From assembly GCA_964016885.1 (NCBI GenBank), contig OZ024761.1, positions 12,772,001 through 12,836,000 of the forward strand: DNA of 64,000 nt, in the 5' to 3' direction. Origin of the DNA: Eledone cirrhosa (taxonomy: Eukaryota). How positions within the stretch are numbered: position 1 is the first letter of the stretch; each line of letters begins with the position of its first letter. A program made the position numbers and the translations under genes. Under the pieces are notes generated by a model, which was given only the letters and a program-made list of their open reading frames with translations, was not told the DNA's origin and did not search any database. Of the stretch, positions 43,311-56,389 are shown piece after piece.

Positions 43311-44386
43311 ACTTCCCAAGTTGTTGTTTGTTTTTTAACCCTGAGTCAGTCAGTCCTGATTAAGCAGACCGACTCCTCCTCCGGCGCTGTCTAGGACTAC
43401 ACAAATATCTAAATGTGTTTTACCATTTTCCTTCTCTTTCAAGATTGCGAGGGTGTGTAATTTGCAGGGGAATTTAGCTGCTCTCGTAATTACTGAAATT
43501 ATGTAGTAAAACCACGATGCTGTTCATACATATATTTCTATAAAGCTAGCTAAACTCGTTCTCTCCAGGTCTACCTCTTATCAACACCAACAAGGGAACT
43601 CCTATGTGATCTCTCGATCTGCTAGAAATAGCAGCCGAAATTCCTTCAAATGACACCCTACCGCGTTGTAAAAGAAAAAAAAAATGGTGGAGCTTTCTAA
43701 AAATAACAGTCACGTCTTTCTCAAATTACACACTAACGTCATGAAAGAGGAAGTCAGCACATTAGATTTTGTAGTTAGGTCCAGTATAGACTAATGTTTG
43801 AAATGTGTAGGATAGTTGTGGCTGGAGCATCTTTCGTCATAGTTAAACCTGGTCTCGAACAGAGCCCACCTGGAGCTAAATAACAACATATTTACCACCA
43901 ACAGTAATAAAGACAATTACCACCAGGGCTTGTTTTTTGCTTCCACTAAAAATTCAGCCCCTTCTCTACCCAGTTTCATCGTTCTTTAACCCCAGGTCAG
44001 CCCTGATCAAGCAGAACTATCTATAATCAACAGCGTTCCAGTCACGACTATCTCCCCTGTTTCTGAGTTTTAGAGCGATCTATGCCCTCTGCTGTATTGT
44101 TTCATATGTTCTTCCGGTTCAAAACTGAATTGAGAGAGATTTGGCTGCTATTTCTAGCAGGTCGAATGACCGTCGTTGGCTCCGTGTTACAAGACTGAAG
44201 AAGTGTGTGTATGTGATATATGATCAAATGCGTTCCAGACGCGACCATCCCTCGTCATCTATGACTACTATGTCGTTTAATGTGTTCTTCCGTTTGAAGG
44301 CGGGTGCGATTAATTTGACGGACATTGGGTGCTAACTTTAGCGGGTTCGGCGGCGTGCGTTGAGGGGTAATATAATATAGTTAAAA

Positions 44387-44576
44387 GGGCGGTGAATTGG
44401 CAGTATCGGTAGAGGGTCGGACATGCTTTCTAGCATAGAGTTACGTCCCTTTACGATCTGAGTTCAAATCCCGCCGAGGTTAACTTTGCCTTTCACCCAT
44501 ACGGGGTCGATAAAATAAAGTACCAGCAATGTACTGAGTAATTGCTGGCCTTGTGCCTAAAATAGAAACAATTATA
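44387..44576 (+). mobile_element. tRNA-derived SINE with Nin/Deu-like domain (other copies ~11169-11340 +, 26876-26978 -, 27060-27250 -, 31073-31263 -, 32310-32420 -, 36500-36700 +, 59102-59290 +)
   Basis: TGGCAGTATCGG A box, GAGTTCAAATCC B box, core GCCTTTCATCCTTACGGGGTCGATAAAATAAAGTACCAG, tail agaaacaattatt. The family assignment is from recall of the Nin/Deu consensus. Confidence 0.8.
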
Positions 44577-45046
44577 ATGTAGTTATAATTATAATATTGA
44601 TTTCATTTATTGGCCACGGGAGTAATTATACTAATTATAATTATACTAATTTACAGGGTGTTTTTTTAGCTCAATATAATAAGGGTAATACAGAGATACA
44701 TTAATACTATATTAATAAACCAAAGAATTAAAGCATGTATATATATAATCTGTTATTTTAATAAATATATATATATATAAATATAGGGCAATTATTTCAT
44801 TTACCAGTGTTATATATAGAACACCCCCGCCTTACGTCCATTTTCCACACTAGTATGGGTTAGACGGGTTGTCCTGTTGTGAGCAATGCTAGGTCAGGTG
44901 ACCATATCTTGCTCATATAGAACTGATTCTGGCTTGGTTACTACAGCTGGATGCCCTTCCTAACACCAACCTCATTTACAGTGAGTGCTGGGTGCCGTTT
45001 GTCGTAATAATAATAAATTTTGTCGTAGCAATAATAAATGTGAAGA

Positions 45047-45099
<53 letters not shown>

Positions 45100-45181
45100 A
45101 TTTCCTTCGAATGAAACAGTTCTAGGCCCGTAGAAGCCATTTCTATATTAAATCTTATATATATATATATAGATAGTTTTG

Positions 45182-45244
45182 TATTTTATCTGATGAAAGC
45201 GCACCAAGATTGGCTTGGTCGCCCTTGAAATATATAATAAAATA
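45182..45244 (+). ncRNA. Minimal type I hammerhead ribozyme (Penelope-type)
   Basis: TATTTTAT-CTGATGA-[aagcgcaccaag attgg cttggtcgccctt]-GAAA-tata-TA^ATAAAATA; 8-bp stem I, palindromic stem III. Confidence 0.75.
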
Positions 45245-45587
45245 ATTATGGTTTTATAAATATAGTTTCCATTTATTAATATATTGTATATATATATATA
45301 TATATGTAAAAGTTCTATTTAAATTGTTGGGAGACAACAAGCAAATATTTTTATAACTGATATAAAGCACTCAACAAATTATTGGAGTAAAAATAAGATA
45401 TATTAACAAATGGAAATTATATTTATAAAACCATATTTATTTCATTATACATATTTCAAGGACACCAAGTTAAATTATGGTGTGCTTTCATCAGATAAAA
45501 TATATATACTATCCGGGAGCTTCCAACAGTAATGGTTGCATTTTTTAAGGGTATGTCAATATTTATTTATAAAACTGATCTATATTA

Positions 45588-45652
45588 TATTTTATCTGAT
45601 GAAAGCACACCATAATTTAACTTGGTGTCCTTGAAATATGTATAATGAAATA
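45588..45652 (+). ncRNA. Minimal type I hammerhead ribozyme (antisense arm at ~45400-45505)
   Basis: TATTTTAT-CTGATGA-[aagcacacca...tggtgtcctt]-GAAA-tatgta-TA^ATGAAATA. Confidence 0.7.
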
Positions 45653-45712
45653 AATATGGTTTTATAAATATAGTTTCCATTTGTTAATATCGTATATATA
45701 TATATATATATA

Positions 45713-45831
45713 AAAATAACAGATTAAAGTTTAAGCAAAGAATCGCTGCTTTCACCTTTAACGGGATCTTCAGAAGATCCCGTTAAGGGTGAAAGCAGCG
45801 ATTCTTTGCTTAAACTTTAATCTGTTATTTT
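45713..45831. repeat. Palindrome with 59-bp arms and 1-nt centre
   Basis: aaaataacagattaaag...gatcttc-a-gaagatc...ctttaatctgttatttt; one mismatch. The arm sequence recurs at ~2330 and ~48720. Confidence 0.95.
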
Positions 45832-45923
45832 AATAAATATTTGCTCTACAGTTCTTATATATTTGATATATAGTTATCCTTATCGAGCCCTCTTTGGATT
45901 TTAGTCTTCACATTTATTATTAT

Positions 45924-45957
<34 letters not shown>

Positions 45958-46155
45958 CTGTATGTCAATGTATGTGTCTTGGAGGCTGTGTGTGTTAAGT
46001 GGAAGTGAAAGACTGTGTGTGTATGTGTGTATGTATGTATGTATGTATGTATGTATGTGAAAGTGAAAGACAGAGAATTCATGTGAGAGGAAATGTAATA
46101 TTAAATTATAAAAAAACATGTATTGCTATGTAGGTGTGTGTGGTGTGTGATGTAC

Positions 46156-46201
<46 letters not shown>

Positions 46202-46476
46202 ATTATGTAAAAAGGTTTTTTTTTTTCCCGTTCTGAGGATTGAAAGCAAAACCTTTTGCTTTTAAGAAACCACTGGTAAATGGAATAATTGCCTTATGTT
46301 GTTTATTACATAATAATAATAATTAAGCTCTGTTGCATACATAGAGCACTCTTTTTTCCTGGACTTTTCCGATGGAATTACTTCATTCATACATATATAT
46401 ATATGATGCACATGTGTGTAAATATGATATATATATCTATCTGTGTATATATGATATACGTGTGTGTATATATGTA

Positions 46477-46517
<41 letters not shown>

Positions 46518-46717
46518 GAGTTAAACAAGATTCAATGAGTACATCAAAGAATGAGTTTTACAGTAGATTGGAAGCACTCTACAGTAAAAAAAAAAAATTT
46601 TTCCAGAATTATTAATATTAATTCAAATAGATATTCTTGTGATCAAGATAATAAAATTTAATTGATCACAAGAATATCTATTTTGTTAATATTTGAATTA
46701 ATATATATATATATATA

Positions 46718-47066
46718 TACGATATTAAACAAATGGAAACTATATTTATAAAACCATATTATTATTTCATTATACATATTTCAGGGATACCATATTAAAA
46801 ATATGGCATGCCTTCGTCAGATAAAATACAATATATAACCAGTTTTATAAATAATTTTGACGCACCATAAATATAGCTACCATTAAGGTAGGAGGCTGGC
46901 TTGGTCGCTATATTTATGGTACGTCAAAATTATTTATAAAACTGGTTATATATTGTATTTTATCTGACGAAGGCATGCCATATTTTTAATATGGTATCCC
47001 TGAAATATGTATAATGAAATAATAATATGGTTTTATAAATATAGTTTCCATTTGTTTAATATCGTA
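46718..47066. repeat. Near-perfect palindrome with ~165-bp arms and ~20-nt loop
   Basis: tacgatattaaacaaatggaaac ... gtttccatttgtttaatatcgta. Confidence 0.95.
46956..47021 (+). ncRNA. Minimal type I hammerhead ribozyme inside the 46718-47066 palindrome
   Basis: TATTTTAT-CTGACGA-[aggcatgccatatt ttt aatatggtatccct]-GAAA-tatgta-TA^ATGAAATA. Confidence 0.7.
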
Positions 47067-47406
47067 TATCTACTCCAAAAACTTGTTGAGTGCTTTATAT
47101 CAGTTATAAAATATTTACTTGTTGTAACCCAACAATTTTAAATAAAACTTTTGCATATATATGTATATATATATATATATATATATGATTCACGTGTGTG
47201 TAACTATGATATATATGTATGTGTATATATGATATACGTGTGTGTGTATATATATAGTGTGCATATATGTACGTGCGTATATATATATATATATATATTT
47301 ATATATAATAATAATAATAATGAAATTATTGTGTAAAGTGCTCAGGTGCACTCGTATATATGATGCACGGATGTGTAAATATGATATACGTGTGTGTATA
47401 TATATA

Positions 47407-47445
<39 letters not shown>

Positions 47446-47453
47446 GTGTATAT

Positions 47454-47501
<48 letters not shown>

Positions 47502-47563
47502 GTGTGTTAATATATATGTATTTAATATATACACTACCCACATATATATATATAATGTGTGTG

Positions 47564-47628
<65 letters not shown>

Positions 47629-47670
47629 AATATTAATAAATGAAAAATATTCTCATAAAAATATATTTGG

Positions 47671-47715
<45 letters not shown>

Positions 47716-48983
47716 AGTAACCACACAAATGTGTGTGTTTGTAATGTAGATGTATGTATTAGTGTGTACTACACACACACATACACACGTGTGTGTGTTA
47801 ATGTATATGTATATACTAATGTGTACTACATATATATATGTGTGTATATGTATGTAAATGTATCTGTATATACTAGTGTGTACTACATATATATATATAT
47901 GTGTGTGTGTGTGTGTATGTATATGTATGTAAATGTATATGTATATACTAGTGTGTACTACATATATATATATATATGTGTGTATATGTGTGTGTAAATG
48001 TATATGTATATACTAGTGTGTACTACAAACTAAGGACAAGACAGAGAGGCCTCACATCAACTGAAAAATAAAATAAAATAAAATAAACAACACCTCCCAT
48101 AATGGACAAAGTACAGTTAACAGTGTTTTTAGTCAGAAGCCGTTAGATAGGAAGTGAAGATGGTCATATTTTAGTAGGTTATTGGTAGGTTTGTTGTTAA
48201 TGTAGCGTCTGTGGGGTTGAACTAAACATTCTGGTGACACAACCATAACTGTTTGGTTGTCAAAACCACACAACCCTCGCCTTCCTCGGGTATTTTGGGG
48301 TTTTCTTTTTACAGTGGAACTAATAAAATTATTAACCCATTTGAAAATATACACCTAATAGAATTTTAGTCTACGACTTCAGTTATACCATAAACGTGGT
48401 TTTGTCTTTGCGTGCTATTGTTCTCCCCGCTCCACATATGACGTATTATCTTCGTTTTTTTTCCCGTTCATTGCCAGAGAACGTCTTTATGAATCACCTA
48501 ATAGAATGTTAGTCTACGACTTCATTTATACCATAAACGTGCTTTTGTCTTTGCGTGAAATTGTTTTTACCGCTCCAAATAATGACGTATTATCTTCCTT
48601 TTTTCCGTTCTTTGCCAGGGAACGTTTCGACAAACCAAAGTATCGTCTACCTGTCTTCCTTCGGTTGCAACATTTTTCGAAATATTTACTTCTGCGTTCA
48701 CAGATTGATTTTTTTAGTTTCAGAAGATCCTGTTAAGGGTGAAAGCAGCGATTCTTTGCTTAAACTTTAATCTGTTATTTTAATATATATATATACATAT
48801 ATACAATATATTAATAAATGGAAACTATATTTATAAAACCATAATTATTTTATGATATATTTCAAGGGCGACCAAGCCAATCTTGGTGCACTTTCATCAG
48901 ATAAAATACAAAACTATCCAGCGAATTTTCAACCGTCAAGGTTGTTTTCCATGGTTATGTCACTATTTATAAAACTAATTTTG

Positions 48984-49045
48984 TATTTTATCTGATGAAA
49001 GCGCACCAAGATTGGCTTGGTCGCCTTGAAATATATAATAAAATA
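48984..49045 (+). ncRNA. Minimal type I hammerhead ribozyme inside the 48804-49087 inverted repeat
   Basis: Near-identical to 45182-45244. Confidence 0.72.
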
Positions 49046-49381
49046 ATTATGGTTTTATAAATATTGTTCCCATTTATTAATATATTGAATATATTGAATA
49101 TATTGAATATATTGAATATATTGAATATATTGGATATATTGAATATATTGGATATATTGAATATATTGAATATATTGGATATATTGAATATATTGAATAT
49201 ATTGGATATATTGAATATATTGTGCCTAAAGTAGAAACAATTAATATATTGAATATTTACTCCAGTAACTGTTGAGTGCTCTATATCTGTTATAAACTTT
49301 TAATTTTGTTGGAATCCCAACAAATTAAATATAACTTCTACACACATATATATATATTTATATGTATATATGTATATATAG

Positions 49382-49731
49382 GCACATGGCTTAGTGGTTA
49401 GAGCATTGGCCTTGCAATTGAAAGGTTGTGAGTTCAATTCTCAGACTGGGTGATGTGTTGTTTCCTTAAGCAAGACACTTTATTTCACATTGCTCCAGTT
49501 TACTCAGCTGTAGAAATGAGATGATAGGGACTGGGGTCCCTATCATTCCACTGTAAAGTGGTCGTGGAGGTGCCACGGCCAAACAAGCACCCAGCACTCA
49601 CTGTAAATGAGGTTGGTGTTAGGAAGGGCATCCAGCTGTAGAAATCAAGCCAGAATCAAGCCAGAATCAGTTCCCGTCCCACCCTTGCAAGCAGGGAAAA
49701 GCGGACGTAAAATGATATGATGATGATGATG
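49382..49731 (+). mobile_element. tRNA-derived SINE with CORE-like centre and RTE-derived tail (other copies ~9957-10272 -, 28747-28910 +, 31797-32220 -, 58410-58650 +, 60542-60848 -)
   Basis: A box TGGCTTAGTGG and B box GAGTTCAATTC; central tccttgagcaagacacttt; 3' end identical to the RTE tail ccgtcccacccttgcaagcagggaaaagcggacgtaaaatgat. Confidence 0.85.
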
Positions 49732-50009
49732 ATTATATATATATATATCATAATTATCGTTTTAACGTCCACTTTCTCTGCTAGCATGGGTTGGACAGGT
49801 CTACATAGACCAAGTCAGTACTGAAGTGGGGCTACTGACCTTCCAGACAGGCCAGGGGGATCAGTGTCTTTCTTATGTATGGTCTCACATTTCACCAAAT
49901 GCACAGGAGAGGTTGTTATGACTTTGTCGCAACTGAGGATCCTCCCAACTCTTTGTTTGGTAAGCTCTCTATGGTTGTTTATCCACTGTATAGCATCTTG
50001 AGCAAGTCT

Positions 50010-51066
50010 CTCTACCATAGCCTGACATCTTGGACACATCTTTTTACTATTGTCTGATATCTTGGACAAGTCTTTTTACCATAGCCTGAAGTCTTGAGCA
50101 AGATCTTTATTATTGCCTGACATCTTGAACAAATTTCTTTACCATAGCCTGACGTCTTGGACAAGTCTCTTTACCATAGCTTGACGTCTTGGACAAGTCT
50201 CTTTACCATAGCTTGACGTCTTGGACAAGTCTCTTTACCATAGCTTGACGTCTTGGACAAGTCTCTTTACCATAGCTTGACGTCTTGGACAAGTCTCTCT
50301 ACCATCGCCTGACATCTTGGACAAGTCTTTTTACCATAGCCTGACATCTTGGACAAGTCTACCATAGCCTGACATCTTGGACAAGTCTTTTTACCATAGC
50401 CTGACGTCTTGGACAAGTCTCTCTACCATAGCCTGACATCTTGGACAAGTCTCTTTACCATAGCCTGACATCTTGGACAAGTCTCTTTACCATAGCTTGA
50501 CGTCTTGGACAAGTCTCTTTACCATAGCTTGCCGTCTTGGACAAGTCTCTCTACCATCGCCTGACATCTTGGACAAGTCTACCATAGCCTGACATCTTGG
50601 ACAAGTCTTTTTACCATAGCCTGACGTCTTGGACAAGTCTCTCTCCCATAGCCTGACATCTTGGACAAGTATCTCTCCCATAGCCTGACATCTTGGACAA
50701 GTCTCTTTACCATAGCCTGACATCTTGGACAAGTCTCTTTACCATAGCCTGACATCTTGGACAAGTCTCTCTACCATAACCTGACATCTTGGGCAAGTCT
50801 CTTTACCATAGCCTGACATCTTGGACAAGTCTCTTTACCATTGCCTGACATCTTGGACAAGTCTCTCTACCATAGCCTCACAGCTTGGACAAGTATCTCT
50901 CCCATAGCCTGACATCTTGGACAAGTCTCTCTACCATAACCTGACATCTTGGGCAAGTCTCTTTACCATAGCCTGACATCTTGGACAAGTCTCTCTACCA
51001 TAACCTGACATCTTGGACAAGTCTCTCTACCATAGCCTCACAGCTTGGACAAGTCTCTTTACCATT
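50010..51066. repeat. 32-bp minisatellite (~33 units)
   Basis: Unit accatagcctgacatcttggacaagtctcttt; no unique spacers. Confidence 0.95.
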
Positions 51067-51714
51067 GCAAAGGGGGAAATACAATAGTAAATATAGAGTA
51101 ATGTAACAACTAAAGGGTGAATGTAAGAACTTTTGTTAAGTACCAGACATCAACTCCATAAGAAAACTTGTTATATTACTGAATCCCTTAAAATTCTTGT
51201 TTATTTTAAAAAATTGAATTGAACATCATAGCCAGTGTCTTTCATTAAAATATATTTAGATGGTTAAAGTTTTTATATTTATCTACTTCCCAACCCAATT
51301 ATAATTTCATGTAAAAACCTTTAACCTTTTACCATTTACATTACTCTATATTATACGATTGTATTTTTGTGTGAATCTATGAGATTTTGATATTATTTAT
51401 TTTTAGAACAATAACGTAACATCAGTATGAGCAGCCAGTTTCGGCAACTTTTGGCTGGTTTGAACAGAAGGAGGTGACAGAATTCTTGCCGGATACGTCT
51501 GATTTAAATGCTAAAGGGTTAAGTTATGTCCCCAAAACTACTTAATAATGAGAAAGTTACTAAAACCCTGAAAATTCTTGATTATTTTCAAATGATTTGA
51601 AAGACATAGGGCAGTGTGTTTTTACTAGAAATATGGTAGCGAAAGGGTTAGAGAGTGTGTGTGTGTGTGCTAGGTGTGCATGTGTGTGTGTCTGTGTGCA
51701 TGTGTGTGTGTGTG

Positions 51715-51754
<40 letters not shown>

Positions 51755-52015
51755 TGCATGTGTTTGTGCATGTGTGTATATGTGTGTGTGTGTGCGCGTG
51801 TGTGCATGTGTGTGCATGTGTGTATGTGTGCTTTCGTACCAGGCTGTATGCGTGAGAGTTAGGTGACACAAGTGTTTAAGGATGTTAGGATGAGGGCAAC
51901 AGTACTTATCATCATCATCACTTGCAGCCTCTTGCTGGTTTAGATGACACATCAGTCTTTGTCTCTCCCTTTCCCTCTTTGATGTCTCTCCCCCCTTCTA
52001 TCTATCTGTCGCACT

Positions 52016-52085
<70 letters not shown>

Positions 52086-52289
52086 TGTCTCTCTGTCTCT
52101 CTCTCTCTATCTGTCTCTCTCTCTCTCTATCTGTCTCTCTCTCTCTGTCTGTCTCTGTTTCTCTCTGTCTCTCTCTCTCTGTCTGTTTATCTGTCTGTCT
52201 GCCTGTCTGTAACAGGAGCTTTGATGATCAGATGAAACTTATGTCTTTTTGTGTACACATATACATACATATATATATACACACACTAT

Positions 52290-52320
<31 letters not shown>

Positions 52321-52598
52321 TCACTCACGCACACACACACACACACTATCACACACACACACACTATCACACACACACACACACTATCGCACTATCACAC
52401 ATACACATACACACTATCACACATTATCACGCACACATACACACTATTACACACACACATTATCAAACACACACATCCACACTATTACACATGCACACTA
52501 TCTCACACACACGCACTATTACACACACTATCATACACACACACCTCCATATCTTCTCTGTATATCTCTATTGTGAGCTGTGTACATAATATATGGTG

Positions 52599-52632
<34 letters not shown>

Positions 52633-52639
52633 AAAGGTA

Positions 52640-52689
<50 letters not shown>

Positions 52690-53055
52690 AACCTATCAAC
52701 CATATATCTAGTTACACTCCCCCTCCATATATACAAAGTGTCCCCCAAAAATGTATACACACATTGATTACCTGTACAGGCGATATTTATTAGAATGGTG
52801 TATACATTTGTTGACGCCCACCGTTGATAGACTATTTTGAGTGTGTGTGCTGCTGCTTCTGCAGTAGGACCCACCTCCCCCCACCGCCGACTACAGATGT
52901 CAAGGGACTGATGATGATGATGATGATACATTTTTGGGGAACACTCTGTATATACTTTGCATGTACTCTGCGTAGTTTTTGCAAGGTTTTACTAGTTGAA
53001 TGCCCTTCCTATCACCAACATACTTTACAGCATGGACTGGGTTCATTATTTGTGC

Positions 53056-53880
53056 CTCTAGCAATAGAGAGGTGGTCTTACTAGACTGAAGGGTGCTCTC
53101 TAGTGCCCCTAACACTAGAGAGGTTGTCTTACTAGACTGAAGGGTGTTCTCTAGTGCTCTCTAGTGCCTCTAGCACTGGAGAAGTTGTCTTACTAGACAG
53201 AAGGGTGCTCTCTAGTGCTCCTAACACTAGAGAGGTCAGTCTTACTAGACAGAAGGGTGCTCTCTAGTGCTCCTAGCACTAGAGAGGTTGTCTTACTAGA
53301 CAGAAGGGTGCTCTCTAGTGCTCCTAACACTAGAGAGGTTGTCTTACTAGACAGAAGGGTGCTCTCTAGTGCTCCTAACACTAGAGAGGTTGTCTTACTA
53401 GACAGAAGGGTGCTCTCTAGTGCTCCTAACATTAGAGAGGTCAGTCTTACTAGACAGAAGGGTGCTCTCTAATGCTCCGAACACTAGAGGGGTTGTCTTA
53501 CTAGACAGAAGGGTGCTCTCTAGTGCTCCTAGCACTAGAGAGGTCAGTCTTACTACACAGAAGGGTGCTCTCTAATGCTCCTAACACTAGAGAGGTTATC
53601 TTACTAGACAGAAGGGTGCTCTCTAGTGCTCCTAACACTAGAGAGGTCAGTCTTACTAGACTGAAGGGTGCTCTCTAGTGCTCCTAACACTAGAGAGGTT
53701 GTCTTACTAGACAGCAGGGTGCTCTCTAGTGCCCCTAACACTAGAGATGTTGTCTTACTAGACTGAAGGGTGTTCTCTAGTGCTCCTAGCACTAGAGAGG
53801 TGGTCTTACTAGACTGAAGGGTGCTCTCTAGTGCTCCTAGCACTAGAGAGGTGGTCTTACTAGATTCAAGGGTGCTCTCT
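53056..53880. repeat. 51-bp minisatellite (~16 units), internally palindromic
   Basis: Unit ctagcactagagaggttgtcttactagacagaagggtgctctctagtgctc. Confidence 0.95.
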
Positions 53881-54319
53881 ATCTTGTATCAATTTTTATA
53901 TTTTTATTCAGAGTGTCTGCACTCCTAGATGGTTTGCTTGCATTTCAGCTGACAGAGTCCTCGTCTGCCCTGTGCAGTTGTAATTTATTCAGAGCCACAG
54001 CCCTCATAGATGCGCTGCTTTCTGCACGGCTTACAGAGCTCAAAGCCAGTGGGTGTGTCTGTGTGTATTTTCCAGGTGTGTTGTTGTTAGTAAAGGTGCA
54101 GTGTATAAATATATATTTGTAATTGTGTGTGTGGTGGTGTCGTTGAGTAGTAGTAAGAGGGAGGGAGAAAAGAAGGGGAGTGTTCATTTTTATGTCGTAG
54201 ATTCTGATAGTAATCCTAGAGAGAGAGATAGACATAGTGAGAGTGATAGATATGTAGATATATATAGAGAGAGACACCGTGAGATAGATGTGTGTGTGTA
54301 TATATAATATGTATATATA

Positions 54320-54363
<44 letters not shown>

Positions 54364-54917
54364 TATATATATATATAAATAATATATATATATATAAATA
54401 ATATATATAATAAATAATATATATATATATATATATATAAATAATATATATATAATAAATAATATATATAATAAATATAATAAATAATATATATAATATA
54501 TAATAAATTCAAGGAATTGCCTTGTCTGATGAACGAATGCGGACGTTTCTTGTATTCGTCTTATTCGGGGAACCTCTGGTAATGAGGTAATTATATTGTA
54601 TTGTTTATTATATATTAAATTTAGCTCTGTAACTTACATAGAGCACTCTTCATTCTTATGACTTTTTCAATTTTCAACGGAAACTTCAATACATATACAT
54701 ATATATATATATAGAATAGCTTTCACCGTATTTTTTTACTAAAGAAATTTTAGTCTGATAATGGGGTTTAGAACCCTCAGATAAATGGAAAAAGATGAGT
54801 ATTGACGTACATGGGAGGGTTCTAAACCCCATTATCAGACTAAAATTTCTTTAGTAAAAAAAATATGGTGAAAGCCATTTCGACGGCTTGAGCTCTGCCG
54901 TCGGGGTCATACTTTTT

Positions 54918-54951
<34 letters not shown>

Positions 54952-55032
54952 AAGTAATACCTATGATGGCTAGTAGACCACTGATGACGGATATTCCTAG
55001 CTTCTATTTCTAATTCATTATATATATGAAAC

Positions 55033-55070
<38 letters not shown>

Positions 55071-55079
<9 letters not shown>

Positions 55080-55216
55080 TGTAATAAACAACATAAGGTG
55101 ATTATTTCATTGTTTATTACATAACTATTAAGCTCTGTTACCTACATAGAGCACTCTTTTTTCCTGGACTTTTCCGACGGAATTACTTCATTCATTTATA
55201 TATAAATGAATGAAAC

Positions 55217-55270
<54 letters not shown>

Positions 55271-55396
55271 AATGAATGAAGTAATTCCGTCGGAAAAGTC
55301 CAGGAAAAAAGAGTGCTCTATGTAGGTAACAGAGCTTAATAGTTATGTAATAAACAATGAAATAATCACCTTATGTTGTTTATTACATAACTATAT
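55071..55396. repeat. Inverted repeat with ~130-bp arms around a (TA)n spacer
   Basis: tagttatgtaataaacaacataaggtg...ttcattcattt and its reverse complement. Confidence 0.9.
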
Positions 55397-55407
55397 ATAT
55401 ATATATA

Positions 55408-56165
55408 AGAAAGAGAGGAGAGGCCAGTCTTTATAGTGTAATATGTATATATTAGAAAGGGAGAGAGAGAAGGGGTAGGGAGAGAGAGAAGGGCCAGTCT
55501 ACAGTAATATGTATATATTAGAAAGGGAGAGAGAGAAGGGGTAGGGAGAGAGAGAAGGGCCAGTCTACAGTAATATGTATATATTAGAAAGGGAGAGAGA
55601 GAAGGGGTAGGGAGAGAGAGAAGGGACAGTCTACAGTAATATGTATATATTAGAAAGGGAGAGAGAGAAGGGACAGTCTACAGTAATATGTATATATTAG
55701 AAAGGGAGAGAGAGAAGGGGTAGGGAGAGAGAGAAGGGACAGTCTACAGTAATATGTATATATTAGAAAGGGAGAGAGAGAAGGGGTAGGGAGAGAGAGA
55801 AGGGACAGTCTACAGTAATATGTATATATTAGAAAGGGAGAGAGAGAAGGGGTAGGGAGAGAGAGAAGGGCCAGTCTACAGTAATATGTATATATTAGAA
55901 AGGGAGAGAGAGAAGGGGTAGGGAGAGAGAGAAGGGACAGTCTACAGTAATATGTATATATTAGAAAGGGAGAGAGAGAAGGGGTAGGGAGAGAGAGAAG
56001 GGACAGTCTACAGTAATATGTATATATTAGAAAGGGAGAGAGAGAAGGGGTAGGGAGAGAGAGAAGGGACAGTCTACAGTAATATGTATATATTAGAAAG
56101 GGAGAGAGAGAAGGGGTAGGGAGAGAGAGAAGGGACAGTCTACAGTAATATGTATATATTAGAGA
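55408..56165. repeat. 66-bp purine-rich minisatellite (~11 units)
   Basis: Unit agtctacagtaatatgtatatattagaaagggagagagagaaggggtagggagagagagaagggac. Confidence 0.95.
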
Positions 56166-56389
56166 GAGGGAGGCCGTAAGAGTGTGATATCTATAGCAGA
56201 CATAGCTTAAATTATATTTAACTATGCTTTGTACTGCCACACTGTAGCTAGAAGCAACACTAAATATATAAATAGACCCTGCATCAGAAATGCAGGGTAG
56301 AGTGAGGCAAGGGGAGAATTTAGGGCCCAAAACTAGGGCTATATGATAGCATATTGAATGAACCTATAATTCTAGACTGAATTATTATT

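Noticed and set aside
49382-49455. tRNA genes at A/B-box sequences
   Set aside because: They continue into SINE bodies and tails, occur in multiple diverged copies, and do not form a complete cloverleaf.
50010-51066. CRISPR-like appearance of the 32-bp array (also the 51-, 48- and 61-bp arrays)
   Set aside because: Units are contiguous with no unique spacers, there are no cas genes, and the context is a eukaryotic intron.
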